Below are positions 1 to 9,331 of a DNA stretch of 60,000 nucleotides, piece by piece. Every line of letters starts with the position of its first letter. The first letter of the stretch is position 1. This DNA comes from Candidatus Latescibacterota bacterium. GTDB lineage: Bacteria > Krumholzibacteriota > Krumholzibacteriia > Krumholzibacteriales > Krumholzibacteriaceae. The notes below the pieces were generated by a model. The model saw only the letters and a list, made by a program, of their open reading frames with translations. It was not told the origin of the DNA and ran no database searches. The translations under genes were made by a program, and so were the position numbers. The stretch lies in contig JAHOYU010000084.1 in NCBI GenBank assembly GCA_019038625.1, forward strand, positions 1 to 60,000, written 5' to 3'.

Positions 1-811
1 CGGAGTGTTCACGATAAGTGAGATATGCGTTCACGAGACCTTTAAGGATATAGCCGGTGTTGAAACTCGGCTTGTCATACACGACCAGATTCTTTCCGAT
101 GTGGCGGTGCACCAGTATCATGTCTTCGTACGCCTGCTCGCCTATCGCGTCATAACCGACGATCATTTGCCCCGCAAATAACCTGGCTCCCAGTGCCAGC
201 GAGGAAAGAGCGAGGCCATATTCGCATGGATTGTCCTCGAGGATGAGATCGTCGATGGAACCATCTGGATTCAAGTAAGCATGAACGTATTCCAGCTCGC
301 CCGCGCAGTGAATATTCATAGATTGGACGCCGGAAATCATCGCAGCCATGAGTGCGCCCTCTTCGAGCTCAAGAGAATACTTCCAGTCGTGCGGGACCAT
401 TCCACACCAACCCGATGTCTCCGACCAGAGAAGCTTGCGGACCCAGTTTCCATGCTCATCGTCCCAGAATCCGCATTCACTGTAGGGTCTGATGATCTGA
501 TCTACCTGCTCGAGAAAGTAGTCGTGCGCGGTTCCCGTACAGAAAGAACTGTGGTCGCGTATTACATACCCACCGCGTAGCCTGTCCACCCGGTAATAAT
601 CCGAGTAACTATCCTGGCCCGCATCGGTGTCCCACTCCCCGCTCCACTCAAGAAGACCCTGATGAAAATCATAGACGATATCGGAGGAATTATTCAACGC
701 ACCACAATGCCCCGGTGTTATACCGGCAACCAGTGACAGGAAAACACCTGCAAACACACCGACCGATCGGAGCGTTGATATCTGGCTCACATCGGAAAAT
801 AATCCGCGCAT
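1..811 (-). CDS. hypothetical secreted protein; C-terminus runs off the window start
   Basis: Absent from the ORF track because no stop lies inside the window. The reverse complement from ATG (811..809) is open to base 1 and begins MRGLFSDVSQISTLRSVGVFAGVFLSLVAGITPGHCGALNN... The N-terminus is hydrophobic and signal-peptide-like, and an AGGTGA-like RBS sits just upstream. No family recognised by eye. Confidence 0.6.
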   Translation of the reverse strand, partial: MRGLFSDVSQISTLRSVGVFAGVFLSLVAGITPGHCGALNNSSDIVYDFHQGLLEWSGEWDTDAGQDSYSDYYRVDRLRGGYVIRDHSSFCTGTAHDYFLEQVDQIIRPYSECGFWDDEHGNWVRKLLWSETSGWCGMVPHDWKYSLELEEGALMAAMISGVQSMNIHCAGELEYVHAYLNPDGSIDDLILEDNPCEYGLALSSLALGARLFAGQMIVGYDAIGEQAYEDMILVHRHIGKNLVVYDKPSFNTGYILKGLVNAYLTYREHS

Positions 812-921
812 CTCACATCACCTGGCTGCGTGTCACATTGGGAACACACCCACAGTTGATTGAAAAACTTTTTTAAGTCCCAATGATTGTCTTGATAAGA
901 GTTAATGTCCCCAAAACATTC

Positions 922-950
922 TTGAAATTATCAAGATGTTGGTCTATTAT
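922..950 (+). promoter_or_regulatory. sigma70-like promoter upstream of the C25 peptidase gene
   Basis: TTGAAA (922-927), a 17-nt spacer, then TATTAT (945-950) in the AT-rich divergent intergenic region. A 9-nt inverted repeat, TCTTGATAA (890-898) / TTATCAAGA (928-936), overlaps the spacer and could be an operator. Confidence 0.4.
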
Positions 951-1063
951 AACATGGGATCATGGTAAATGTAAATTCCTGAATAAGCTGAATGGAATAA
1001 TTCTTTCCGTTTCTGTAGTGTGGTGGGGGGGGTCCTGAATGATCCATCGTCCAGAGTCGTTAC

Positions 1064-4000
1064 TTGAATGGATCCACGATGAAAATGCGAGACCTACCTG
1101 TCATAACCTCTTATCTTTTGGCCACGTTATTTATATGCCTGCTCATGGTACCGCTTGAGAGGAATGGTGCGCGGGCCCAACTGCCGATGTTGACCGCGTC
1201 CGAGCGACTGCTCGCTCCCACAAGTGACGTACTTATGGAGATACCCTCGGATGACGACCGGGCGGAGATCGTGTTCCGTATCGCTGTGCCGGATTATTCG
1301 ATTCGCGAATCATACAGGAACAGGCGTTTGTTTCACGCTTTGCACATTCCCGGATACGTCAATGCTGGTCGCCCGGGAGAACCACTATTGCCTGTCAAAG
1401 GATACTACCTCGCTGTTCCAGAGGGTGCTTCGGTACGGATCTCAGTACTTGAAAGTGAGATCGAAACCCTGTCGGGGGTCTCTGTTGCCCCAGCGCCTCA
1501 CCCTGTCTTAAAGGGGGATGAACCTTACATCGCACAGGAGTTCCGCCTCAACGAGTCGTTTTACTCTTCAGATCGATTCTATCCTGAGAGCCCCATAGAG
1601 ATCGGTTCGTACGGGTACCTTCGTGATGTCAGGGTGGTGCAGCTGAGGATCAGGCCTGTCCAGTTCAATCCGCGCAGGGGCGAGATACACATCTACCGCA
1701 AGATGCGGGTGAAGGTCGAACTGATCGGCGGCTCTTTTCCCGGTTGGGGAGAATACAACAGAGATCACACAGCAGAAGATACACCCTTCGAAGCCATCTA
1801 TCGGAATGTGATCCTCAATTATTGCCCTGGTGTCACAATATCGAGTAGTCCGGGGAAATTCGGGATGGGCGGCGAGGGCGATCTCGAGTACCTCGAGAAT
1901 GATCCCTGCAAAATATCGATCGACCAGGATGGCATCTACGAGATCACCTGCCAGGATCTCATCGATGCCGGGGCGGACCCGAACAGCATCGATCCAACGA
2001 CGATCAAGATGTTCACTGGTGGAATCGAGCTGGCCATATTCGTTGCCGGCGAGCAAGATGGACGATTCGACCCGGAGGATGCGATCCGTTTTTTCGGGCA
2101 GGGCAACACGAGCATCTTCTCGCGGATCAACACCTACTGGCTCTCGTGGGACTCTCGTCCTGGCCTGCGGATGGAGAGCGTCTCCTGCAGCCCGGGTGAC
2201 TCGTTTCCGGTACCCGGAGCATTTACCGACACCTTGCACTTCGAAGAGAACAAAGACTACCGGGCGGCGCTGCCAGACGGAGAGGAAAAGGATCACTGGT
2301 TCTGGGAAAGACTGGTCGCGCCGGGCACAAGCGAGTATCCACTCAACATCCCGGATATAGCCCCGGGTACGCACGATGCCGAGATAACAGTGTGTATGCA
2401 TGGGTTTACGGACGTGTCCCACCTGGTTAATATCTCGTTCAACCGCTACCTCGGAGCTGTTTGCACCTGGAACGGCATCGTGGAATATGTGACGAGTTTT
2501 CCAGTTCCCTCGCGGTATATCAGCCACGAGGACAACCAGCTCGTTGTCGACTGTCCCTCTCAGAATCCGTTCGACCAGACCCTGTTCAACTGGGTGGATG
2601 TTGTATATCGCCGCTCCCATATGGCCCGCGATGGCGAATTGCGCTTTAACGATTCCGGTGCCGGCGCCAACCAGTTCGAGGTGACCGGTTTTCCAGACAA
2701 CGATATAGCACTCTATCGCATCACGAATCCAAGGCATGTGGCGAGGATGGTGGATCATGTTGCCCGCGATGAGAGCGGCGTCTGGACCCTGGCATTCGAG
2801 GATACGCTCGACGACGGCGAGTATCTTGCGGTGGCCTCAATCGGCCTGAAGAAGCCTGTCAGCATCGTCAAAGACAAACCATCGAACCTCCGATCCAACG
2901 CGAACCAGGCTGACTATATCGTAATCACCCACCCGCTTTTCATCGACTCCGTCCAGGAACTCGTGACATACCGCCGTAGCGAAGGACTGAATGTGTGCCT
3001 GGCAACGATCGATGATGTGTATGATGAATTCAACTTCGGAAACTTCGATCCCGGTGCAATAAAAGATTTTGTGTCTCACGCCTATCATTCCTGGCAACAA
3101 CCCGCCCCCGTCTATCTCCTTCTCGTAGGGGACGCGAGTTGCGACTACCGGGGATTTGTTTCAAGTGGAAATAATAACTATGTCCCGACCCACCTGTTTA
3201 TCGCTCAGACCGATGAGCATGTGACGTCGAGCGATGACTGGTTCGGCTGCGTTGCTGGAGATGATCTATTTCCGGATATGCTGGTCGGGCGAATCACCGC
3301 GCGCAGCGAAAGTGATGTCGCAGGTTACATCGATAAAGTTATTGCATACGAGACTGAGACGGACAACGAGCCATGGAGAAAGACCGCCGTTCTGGTGGCC
3401 GACGACCCCGACGACGCAGGCGACTTCCCGTATATATGCGACTACATAGCCAAAAGCTGTTTTGCTCCCGCTGGATTTGATACCGTCAAAATATATTACA
3501 CCCGGTACGCCAGCGCGTGCCGCCAGATGATCATAGATGCCGTCGACGAGGGATGCAGTTTCCTGACCTATGTCGGACATGGATCGAACAATCGCTGGTC
3601 GTACGAAAGGATGTTCGTAACGCAGAATATCGCTTCGATGAACAACGCGACACGATACCCCCTGGTCGTGACAAATACCTGCAAGAACGGCTGGTTCGAT
3701 TATCCAATGGCGACTATTCCATATTCTATGGCAGAGGAATTCAGTCGTGCCCCTCTGCGCGGGGCCATCGCGTGCTGGTCGTATAGCGGCCTGTCGTTCG
3801 CGCCGCATGCCCTGATGCTTGCTGAGTATCTCTATAACAGCCTTCTGGTTGATGAAAACTATATTCTCGGCTCGGCTGCCTGCCAGGCGAAGATGCAATA
3901 CCTTGCGATACCGGGCGTGTACTGGGATCAAGCGGCTATGCTCATACTGCTTGGCGATCCAGCGTTGGAGATGGGATTCGACCCCAGGCCGGATCTACTG

Positions 4001-4978
4001 GTCGGAGAGATCGACTTTTCCCCCCGTTTCCCCGGAGCAGGTAATCCGGATACACTGAGCGTCACCATATTCAATGCTGGCCGCGTTGACGCCGAAGGCG
4101 CCCTGGTCCGCTTTACCCGGGGCCATCCGGACAGCCTGGGCTCGACGATCCTTGGAGAGACATCACTCACAGCGCTGCCTGCGGGTGAGCACGCAATGGC
4201 TAGCGCAGTGTGGGATTCTGTGCCGGATATCGGCTCTTACCCTGTCTACGTTCGCATCGATCCCGCGAACCTGATTACTGAATCATGCGAGTGGAACAAT
4301 ACCGATTTCAATACGCTCACGGTACGTCCGCCCTGCACACCGGGAGATACCATCCCCCCGACCGTGTTGCTGTATGTCGATGGGAAACAGGTCGGAACCG
4401 GATTCAGTAATTACGACTTTACTTCGCAGAACCCAGTGATCGAGGCCGAAATCAGGGATTTAGAGAGCGGTGTAGACATCGGAGAGCTTCAGGTCACAGT
4501 GAACGACGTGGAGGTCGATTACGAGATCGAGCACAGCGGTTTGGGATCTCCCCTCGTCACCCTGCGGTACTATCCGGCTTCCCCCCTGGCTGATGACACC
4601 TATACCTTCCATGTCCGTGTAGCCGACTGTGGCTGCACGTTGAATACCGGAGAGAACTCTGTCACTTTCATCGTAGAATCGAAGCTGAGCCTTCGGGATG
4701 TCATGAATTATCCCAACCCATGCCGTGAAGGCGCTCGATTCAGATATTCCCTCTCACAGCCAGCGCGGGAAGTAACCCTCAGGATCTATGCGGTGACCGG
4801 AGCGCTGGTGCAAACAATCTGGTGCTCGCCGGGCGGCATGAACGAAAACGAATTCGACTGGGACGGGAATGGTCGACAAGGGAATCCACTCTCGAGCGGC
4901 GTCTATTTTTATCGATTGACTGCCGAGGGGGAACGTGGGCGCGATGAGGCAAAGGGGAAGATCGTGATCGTACGGTGA
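1064..4978 (+). CDS. peptidase C25 (gingipain-like cysteine protease) with T9SS C-terminal sorting domain
   Basis: 1304-aa ORF. The C25 core region reads ADYIVITHP...YLLLVGDAS...SDDWFG...LVGRITARS. Catalytic-type motifs are FLTYVGHGSNNRW (His) and VVTNTCKNGWFD (Cys). Beta-sandwich (CARDB/Ig-like) regions follow. The C-terminus NYPNPCREGARFRYSL...GVYFYRLTAEG...GKIVIVR matches the T9SS/FlgD-Ig-like CTD pattern. A signal peptide follows the internal ATG at 1079 (MKMRDLPVITSYLLATLFICLLMV), which is the more likely start than TTG 1064. Confidence 0.88.
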   Translation: MNGSTMKMRDLPVITSYLLATLFICLLMVPLERNGARAQLPMLTASERLLAPTSDVLMEIPSDDDRAEIVFRIAVPDYSIRESYRNRRLFHALHIPGYVNAGRPGEPLLPVKGYYLAVPEGASVRISVLESEIETLSGVSVAPAPHPVLKGDEPYIAQEFRLNESFYSSDRFYPESPIEIGSYGYLRDVRVVQLRIRPVQFNPRRGEIHIYRKMRVKVELIGGSFPGWGEYNRDHTAEDTPFEAIYRNVILNYCPGVTISSSPGKFGMGGEGDLEYLENDPCKISIDQDGIYEITCQDLIDAGADPNSIDPTTIKMFTGGIELAIFVAGEQDGRFDPEDAIRFFGQGNTSIFSRINTYWLSWDSRPGLRMESVSCSPGDSFPVPGAFTDTLHFEENKDYRAALPDGEEKDHWFWERLVAPGTSEYPLNIPDIAPGTHDAEITVCMHGFTDVSHLVNISFNRYLGAVCTWNGIVEYVTSFPVPSRYISHEDNQLVVDCPSQNPFDQTLFNWVDVVYRRSHMARDGELRFNDSGAGANQFEVTGFPDNDIALYRITNPRHVARMVDHVARDESGVWTLAFEDTLDDGEYLAVASIGLKKPVSIVKDKPSNLRSNANQADYIVITHPLFIDSVQELVTYRRSEGLNVCLATIDDVYDEFNFGNFDPGAIKDFVSHAYHSWQQPAPVYLLLVGDASCDYRGFVSSGNNNYVPTHLFIAQTDEHVTSSDDWFGCVAGDDLFPDMLVGRITARSESDVAGYIDKVIAYETETDNEPWRKTAVLVADDPDDAGDFPYICDYIAKSCFAPAGFDTVKIYYTRYASACRQMIIDAVDEGCSFLTYVGHGSNNRWSYERMFVTQNIASMNNATRYPLVVTNTCKNGWFDYPMATIPYSMAEEFSRAPLRGAIACWSYSGLSFAPHALMLAEYLYNSLLVDENYILGSAACQAKMQYLAIPGVYWDQAAMLILLGDPALEMGFDPRPDLLVGEIDFSPRFPGAGNPDTLSVTIFNAGRVDAEGALVRFTRGHPDSLGSTILGETSLTALPAGEHAMASAVWDSVPDIGSYPVYVRIDPANLITESCEWNNTDFNTLTVRPPCTPGDTIPPTVLLYVDGKQVGTGFSNYDFTSQNPVIEAEIRDLESGVDIGELQVTVNDVEVDYEIEHSGLGSPLVTLRYYPASPLADDTYTFHVRVADCGCTLNTGENSVTFIVESKLSLRDVMNYPNPCREGARFRYSLSQPAREVTLRIYAVTGALVQTIWCSPGGMNENEFDWDGNGRQGNPLSSGVYFYRLTAEGERGRDEAKGKIVIVR

Positions 4979-4993
4979 GAGAATCAAATAAAA

Positions 4994-5032
4994 ACCCGGT
5001 TGCCAGGTTTTCAGATCGCCTGGCAACCGGGT
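4994..5032. terminator. strong hairpin between the convergent T9SS-cargo genes (bidirectional terminator candidate)
   Basis: Perfect 14-bp stem ACCCGGTTGCCAGG (4994-5007) / CCTGGCAACCGGGT (5019-5032) with an 11-nt loop. It is flanked on the left by AAATAAAA, which gives a U-tract for the minus-strand transcript. Confidence 0.7.
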
Positions 5033-5068
5033 CCTATAAACCCCGGGATTACTCAAAAAAGACAACTA

Positions 5069-6448
5069 CTACCGCATAAGGATCATCTTTTTATACTGGG
5101 TCTCGCCACCGACAGTCAACTTGTAGAAGTAGACGCCGCTGACAACATCCGAGCCGTTGAAGTCCTTACCATTCCAGGAAGCGACTCCTGGGCCCGCTTT
5201 CTCGCCCTGGTCCTTCAGAGTGACGATCCTCTGTCCGGCGATGTTGTAGATATCGAGTTTCACATGACAATCCCTTACAAGATTGTACTCGATCGTCGTG
5301 TTCGGATTGAACGGGTTCGGATAGTTCTGGGACAGAGTGAAAGCCACAGGGGACTCCTCTTTGCCGGACGCAAGGAACGGTCCGTGCATCGAATTTTCTC
5401 CGTCCACACTTATGCCTTCGATCCAGTAGAAGCAATCGAGTCTCTGCTCGAGGCCAGCATCGACGACTGAGTAATCCGCGCCATTGACATCAGATCCCCT
5501 GGCAGGGATAAGGGCGCTGTTTACCATCAGTCTTTCGCTGTCGACACTGATCGTGCGATAGACGTTGAAGCCGGCCATACTGCCTTCGGATTCTGTGGTC
5601 CAGTTTATGGTCCGGGAACCATTGCCGTTGTACAATACCTCGAAAGTTCCCATCTGAGTGGCCGTACTCGGCTCATGATCGTAGTGCATTATCCAGGCTT
5701 CGCCAAGAAGTGAATCCGCAGGCTCAATCCCGCTCCAGAACTCCCAATGACCGTACACGTGAGGAGGATATACCCATCTCTCGGTCGTAAGGAGTAATCC
5801 AAAATTACCGCTTGGTAATATGGCGAAATCGCCACCTGTGTAAAGGCCTGCGTCCCAGCCATCCCATGTGAACATATTATCTTCCAGGTCAAAATGAAGA
5901 AGGCCGAACTCGAGGCCCCTGACGTAAAGATCGTTGACAAGATCATTGTTGATGAGTTCGAACGGATAGACGTCCAACTCGCCGCCCGGCGTGAAGTAAC
6001 GTCGCAAGAATCTCCATTTGTGTGGCGGGAATTTAGCTGGTCCAACATAGCCACCATTATAAGTCCAATATGCCTCTTCAAGCTCCTGCTGATTGGTGCA
6101 TACTGTCCCCTTCAGCGTTATATTGATCCTGACTTTGACCATGGTACAATATGGCAGAGTCGTTGCCCAGTCCATGTCTACATCAAATCCCTGGCCGTCA
6201 CCGTGCATGGTATACCCAATGGCACTCGCGGGTGGGTCGGCTCCGACCCAGTTGACCGAGAGGAGTTCCGAGTCACTGTCGATCCTTATACTCAGGTGAA
6301 GATCATTCACCAGATCCGGAAGACCGTATGACTGGTGGAACTCGTAAGCACAGGTAACAGAGCCGGTTCCTGCGTGGGCCGCTACCGGTACCAGAGCAAC
6401 AAAAAGCAGCAGGGCGCACGCGGTAAACACAATGGATCTGTTTCTCAT
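5069..6448 (-). CDS. secreted hypothetical protein with T9SS C-terminal sorting domain
   Basis: 459 aa. The signal peptide is MRNRSIVFTACALLLFVALVPVAAHA. The C-terminus QNYPNPFNPNTTIEYNL...LDIYNIAGQRIVTL...GVYFYKLTVGGETQYKKMILMR is the classic T9SS type-A CTD. An AGGAGG RBS lies upstream. The N-terminal body is not recognised. Confidence 0.85.
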   Translation of the reverse strand: MRNRSIVFTACALLLFVALVPVAAHAGTGSVTCAYEFHQSYGLPDLVNDLHLSIRIDSDSELLSVNWVGADPPASAIGYTMHGDGQGFDVDMDWATTLPYCTMVKVRINITLKGTVCTNQQELEEAYWTYNGGYVGPAKFPPHKWRFLRRYFTPGGELDVYPFELINNDLVNDLYVRGLEFGLLHFDLEDNMFTWDGWDAGLYTGGDFAILPSGNFGLLLTTERWVYPPHVYGHWEFWSGIEPADSLLGEAWIMHYDHEPSTATQMGTFEVLYNGNGSRTINWTTESEGSMAGFNVYRTISVDSERLMVNSALIPARGSDVNGADYSVVDAGLEQRLDCFYWIEGISVDGENSMHGPFLASGKEESPVAFTLSQNYPNPFNPNTTIEYNLVRDCHVKLDIYNIAGQRIVTLKDQGEKAGPGVASWNGKDFNGSDVVSGVYFYKLTVGGETQYKKMILMR

Positions 6449-6622
6449 TAAAAGGCCTCCTTTGACACGTTCTTATACAGACCGCTCCCCCAATGAATTT
6501 AGCAACATAAAATTCTGCTGGCGCAAAGATGCAGCAAAGATGCAGCTGATGCAAAAGCCAGAGATGCGATCCTGGTGAGATTCTTTTGTAGGTGTCCAGA
6601 TCCCTTAGGGTTTTACGAAGTA

Positions 6623-6651
6623 GATGCTACCACAGTTCCGGCCTGTCGTCA
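6623..6651 (-). promoter_or_regulatory. candidate sigma70-like promoter for the 5069..6448 gene
   Basis: On the minus strand: TTGACG (6651-6646), a 17-nt spacer, then TAGCAT (6628-6623), preceded by TGG (extended -10-like). This would give a 5' UTR of about 170 nt containing a short GCAAAGATGCA tandem motif (about 6524-6555). Confidence 0.3.
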
Positions 6652-6864
6652 ACGGGAATATTGGATAATATTCATCTATATTCCTGAATAATTATTATTA
6701 TCTATATATCATATGGTATATTGTTGACTTGCTCAACTATTCCGGAACTGTCTTCTGGAAATTCCACAAACACTCACGAAACTAGTCGTCCACAATTTGT
6801 TTACATTGCAGGGAAAGGTCGGTGTCGCCAGAGATTACGATAAAGTGATTGCAGAAAATAAATC

Positions 6865-6940
6865 TGGTGGGAGCTACAGGATTTGAACCTGTGACTTCTA
6901 CCGTGTGAAGATAGCACTCTAACCACTGAGTTAAGCTCCC
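6865..6940 (-). tRNA. tRNA-Val (anticodon CAC)
   Basis: The reverse complement GGGAGCTTAACTCAGTGGTTAGAGTGCTATCTTCACACGGTAGAAGTCACAGGTTCAAATCCTGTAGCTCCCACCA folds as a cloverleaf. It has a 7-bp acceptor stem, anticodon stem CTATC/GGTAG, loop TTCACAC, a T-loop TTCAAAT and an encoded CCA. Confidence 0.9.
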
Positions 6941-7052
6941 ACCTGATACCCGGCTTCATGGCGGTACCTTCGGAGGCAACCCGAATCGCCAGGCTCATCT
7001 ACTATATAGATTATTATAGTTGCACGCAAGAGTTTCGAACGGTCACCTACGT

Positions 7053-7298
7053 TCATTCTTTTTCGAGATGCTCATTGATGATGACTCTGGCCAGAGTCAG
7101 ATCTTCCTCTCTCACCATCAGCCTCACTCTGCCCATTCCGTCTGCAGTAAAGGGAAGCACTCCTGATGCCATCGCCGATTTTACCAGGACCCTTATCCCC
7201 TCTGACTCGAGGATACCGTAGAGTATCTTCGCCTCCATCTCGCCCTGCACGGCCATCAATTCGACCAGTTCGTCCCTGTTCTTTCTTTCCTCAGTCAT
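7053..7298 (-). CDS. DUF2007-like small protein (putative signal-transducing, PII-like fold)
   Basis: 81 aa. The pattern LVELMAVQGEMEAKILYGILESEGIRVLV...GRVRLMVREEDLTLARVII matches DUF2007 proteins. Confidence 0.65.
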   Translation of the reverse strand: MTEERKNRDELVELMAVQGEMEAKILYGILESEGIRVLVKSAMASGVLPFTADGMGRVRLMVREEDLTLARVIINEHLEKE

Positions 7299-7380
7299 TA
7301 TTACCCTCGCAGATTTGAACTACGCGTGATATTAATCCTTATCCAGGCGGAATTACAAGCATAGAAAGGACTGTTCCGCG

Positions 7381-8226
7381 ATGAACCTCGGAGCCCACAT
7401 GTCGATAGCCGGCGGCATCCACCTGGCCCTTGAAAGAGGCAGGAACATCGGATGCAATGCGGTGCAACTCTTCGTGAAGAGTTCCAATCAGTGGAAAGCA
7501 AGGGACTTGCCGTCAGAAGAGATACACCTTTTCCATGAAAAGTCCCGCGAGTACAGACCCGGATTTATAATGGGACATTCATCCTACCTGATCAATATCG
7601 CCTCGCCCGATGTTGAATTGCTTGAAAAATCCCGAAAAGCCCTGGCCATAGAAATAGAACGTTGTGAGACCCTCTCGATCCCCTGGTTGGTCCTTCATCC
7701 GGGCAGCCATAGAGGAGCAGGGACAGAGGTGGGAATCAGAACGGTCGCGGAGAGCCTCGACCGCGTCTTCGAGATGACTGCCGAACACAAAACATCTATA
7801 CTTCTCGAAACGACCTCCGGCTCGGGAAACATCCTCGGCAGCAGATTCGAAGAGCTGGCAGCCATGATCGAACATTCACGTTTTCCGGACAGGATAGGGG
7901 TCTGCCTGGACACCTGCCACATATTCGCGGCGGGATACGACATGTCTACAAAACGGAATTATGAAACTGTATTCAAGTCATTCGATTCCATAATCGGACT
8001 GGGCCATCTGAAGGCATTCCACCTGAATGACTCCAGGACTCCCCTCGGTAGCAAAAAAGACAGGCATGCCAATATCGGCGAGGGAGAAATCGGCTCAAAG
8101 CCGTTCGGATTCCTCGTCAACGACTCACGGTTCATTGATATCCCGATGGTCCTCGAGACGCCGAAGGGGCCCGAGCTTATTGAAGATATAGAGACGCTGG
8201 CGCTGCTTCGATCACTCAGGAAATAG
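7381..8226 (+). CDS. nfo: deoxyribonuclease IV (endonuclease IV)
   Basis: 281 aa with hallmark Nfo motifs: GAHMSIAGG, HSSYLINIASPD, LVLHPGSH, ILLETTSGSG, CLDTCHIFAAGYD, HLNDS...GSKKDRHANIGEGEIG. Confidence 0.95.
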   Translation: MNLGAHMSIAGGIHLALERGRNIGCNAVQLFVKSSNQWKARDLPSEEIHLFHEKSREYRPGFIMGHSSYLINIASPDVELLEKSRKALAIEIERCETLSIPWLVLHPGSHRGAGTEVGIRTVAESLDRVFEMTAEHKTSILLETTSGSGNILGSRFEELAAMIEHSRFPDRIGVCLDTCHIFAAGYDMSTKRNYETVFKSFDSIIGLGHLKAFHLNDSRTPLGSKKDRHANIGEGEIGSKPFGFLVNDSRFIDIPMVLETPKGPELIEDIETLALLRSLRK

Positions 8227-8280
8227 AAAAGATCGTGACCAGCCGAGGGCTATCCAAAAAGGTGACGACCCGGAAGTATC

Positions 8281-8309
8281 TTGATATTGCACTTGACTCA
8301 CATTATAAT
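8281..8309 (+). promoter_or_regulatory. near-consensus sigma70 promoter for the trxB operon
   Basis: TTGATA (8281-8286), a 17-nt spacer, then TATAAT (8304-8309). A leader of about 90 nt ends in AGGAGG 5 nt before the trxB ATG. Confidence 0.55.
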
Positions 8310-8401
8310 GTCTTTTCTGAAATAATAGTTCCCTTTCGGAAGGTTCCGTCCTGCGGTACCGGCCCGAAAGCAAACAATACGCATAACAATCAGGAGGAAG
8401 A

Positions 8402-9319
8402 ATGTACGACGTAGCCATAATCGGTTCGGGCCCCGCGGGGCTTACCGCCGCCATATACGCGACCAGATCCGACATGAAAACGGTTGTCATCGAGGGACTT
8501 ACTCCCGGAGGGCAGCTCATGATCACATCGGAAGTGGAGAATTTCCCTGGATTTCCCGAAGGTATCGAAGGGCCGGAGCTGATGGGCAGGATGCGCGAGC
8601 AGGCAACAAAGTTCGGCGCAGAGTATCTCCCGGGAGACCTTTCAGATATCGATGCATCGGGTCCTCCCTTCAAACTCACCGCCGGCAAGAATACAGTCGA
8701 GGCGAAGAGTGTAATCATTGCCACTGGTTCTTCCGCCAGATGGCTTGGAATGGAATCGGAGACGAAGCTCCGCGGCAAAGGTGTATCGGCATGTGCCACC
8801 TGTGACGGCTTCTTCTTTACCGGCAGGGAGATCGCCGTTGTCGGAGGAGGGGATTCAGCCCTGGAGGAAGCGACCTTCCTTACAAAGTTCGCCAGCAAGG
8901 TCAGCCTGATCCATAGACGCGACGCGTTGAGAGGAACTGCCGCGATGCAGAAAAAGGCGAAAGAGAACAAAAAGGTAACAATAGTATGGGATTCTGTGAT
9001 CGATGAGATACTGGGTGTCGAGGAAGACAGGGTCACCGGGTTGCGCCTGAAGAATGTAAAGACAGGTGAACTCTCCGAACTTCCGGTTGAGGGACTCTTC
9101 ATAGCGATAGGCCATACACCAGCGACAAAGGTATTCGATGGAAAGATCGATCTCGACAAAAAAGGTTATATCGTGGTTACAAACAATACGAGGACTTCAG
9201 TACCCGGCATATTCATGGCCGGCGATGTCGGTGATCCACGGTACAAGCAGGCGATCTCTGCCGCAGGCCTGGGCTGCATGGCAGCGATCGACGCGCTGCG
9301 CTTCATAGATGAAGAATAA
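8402..9319 (+). CDS. trxB: thioredoxin-disulfide reductase
   Basis: 305 aa. It has the FAD motif IIGSGPAGLTAAIY, the redox-active CATCDG, the NADPH motif VVGGGDSALEEA, and C-terminal GIFMAGDV...YKQAISAAGLGCMAA. Confidence 0.95.
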   Translation: MYDVAIIGSGPAGLTAAIYATRSDMKTVVIEGLTPGGQLMITSEVENFPGFPEGIEGPELMGRMREQATKFGAEYLPGDLSDIDASGPPFKLTAGKNTVEAKSVIIATGSSARWLGMESETKLRGKGVSACATCDGFFFTGREIAVVGGGDSALEEATFLTKFASKVSLIHRRDALRGTAAMQKKAKENKKVTIVWDSVIDEILGVEEDRVTGLRLKNVKTGELSELPVEGLFIAIGHTPATKVFDGKIDLDKKGYIVVTNNTRTSVPGIFMAGDVGDPRYKQAISAAGLGCMAAIDALRFIDEE

Positions 9320-9331
9320 GGGAGACTGACA

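Noticed and set aside
281-580. 99-aa plus-strand ORF at the window start
   Set aside because: It lies antisense inside the longer open minus-strand frame (1..811), which has a start, an RBS and a signal peptide.
1568-2758. 396-aa ORF on the minus strand
   Set aside because: It is entirely antisense to the C25 peptidase gene, whose frame carries clear family motifs. Its composition is Arg/Pro/Gly-skewed, as expected for the mirror frame of GC-rich coding DNA.
8212-9159. 315-aa minus-strand ORF, and similarly 9166..9879 (237 aa)
   Set aside because: These are antisense to trxB and the FabL-like gene. Their sequence is Ser/Pro-rich and low-complexity, with no motifs.
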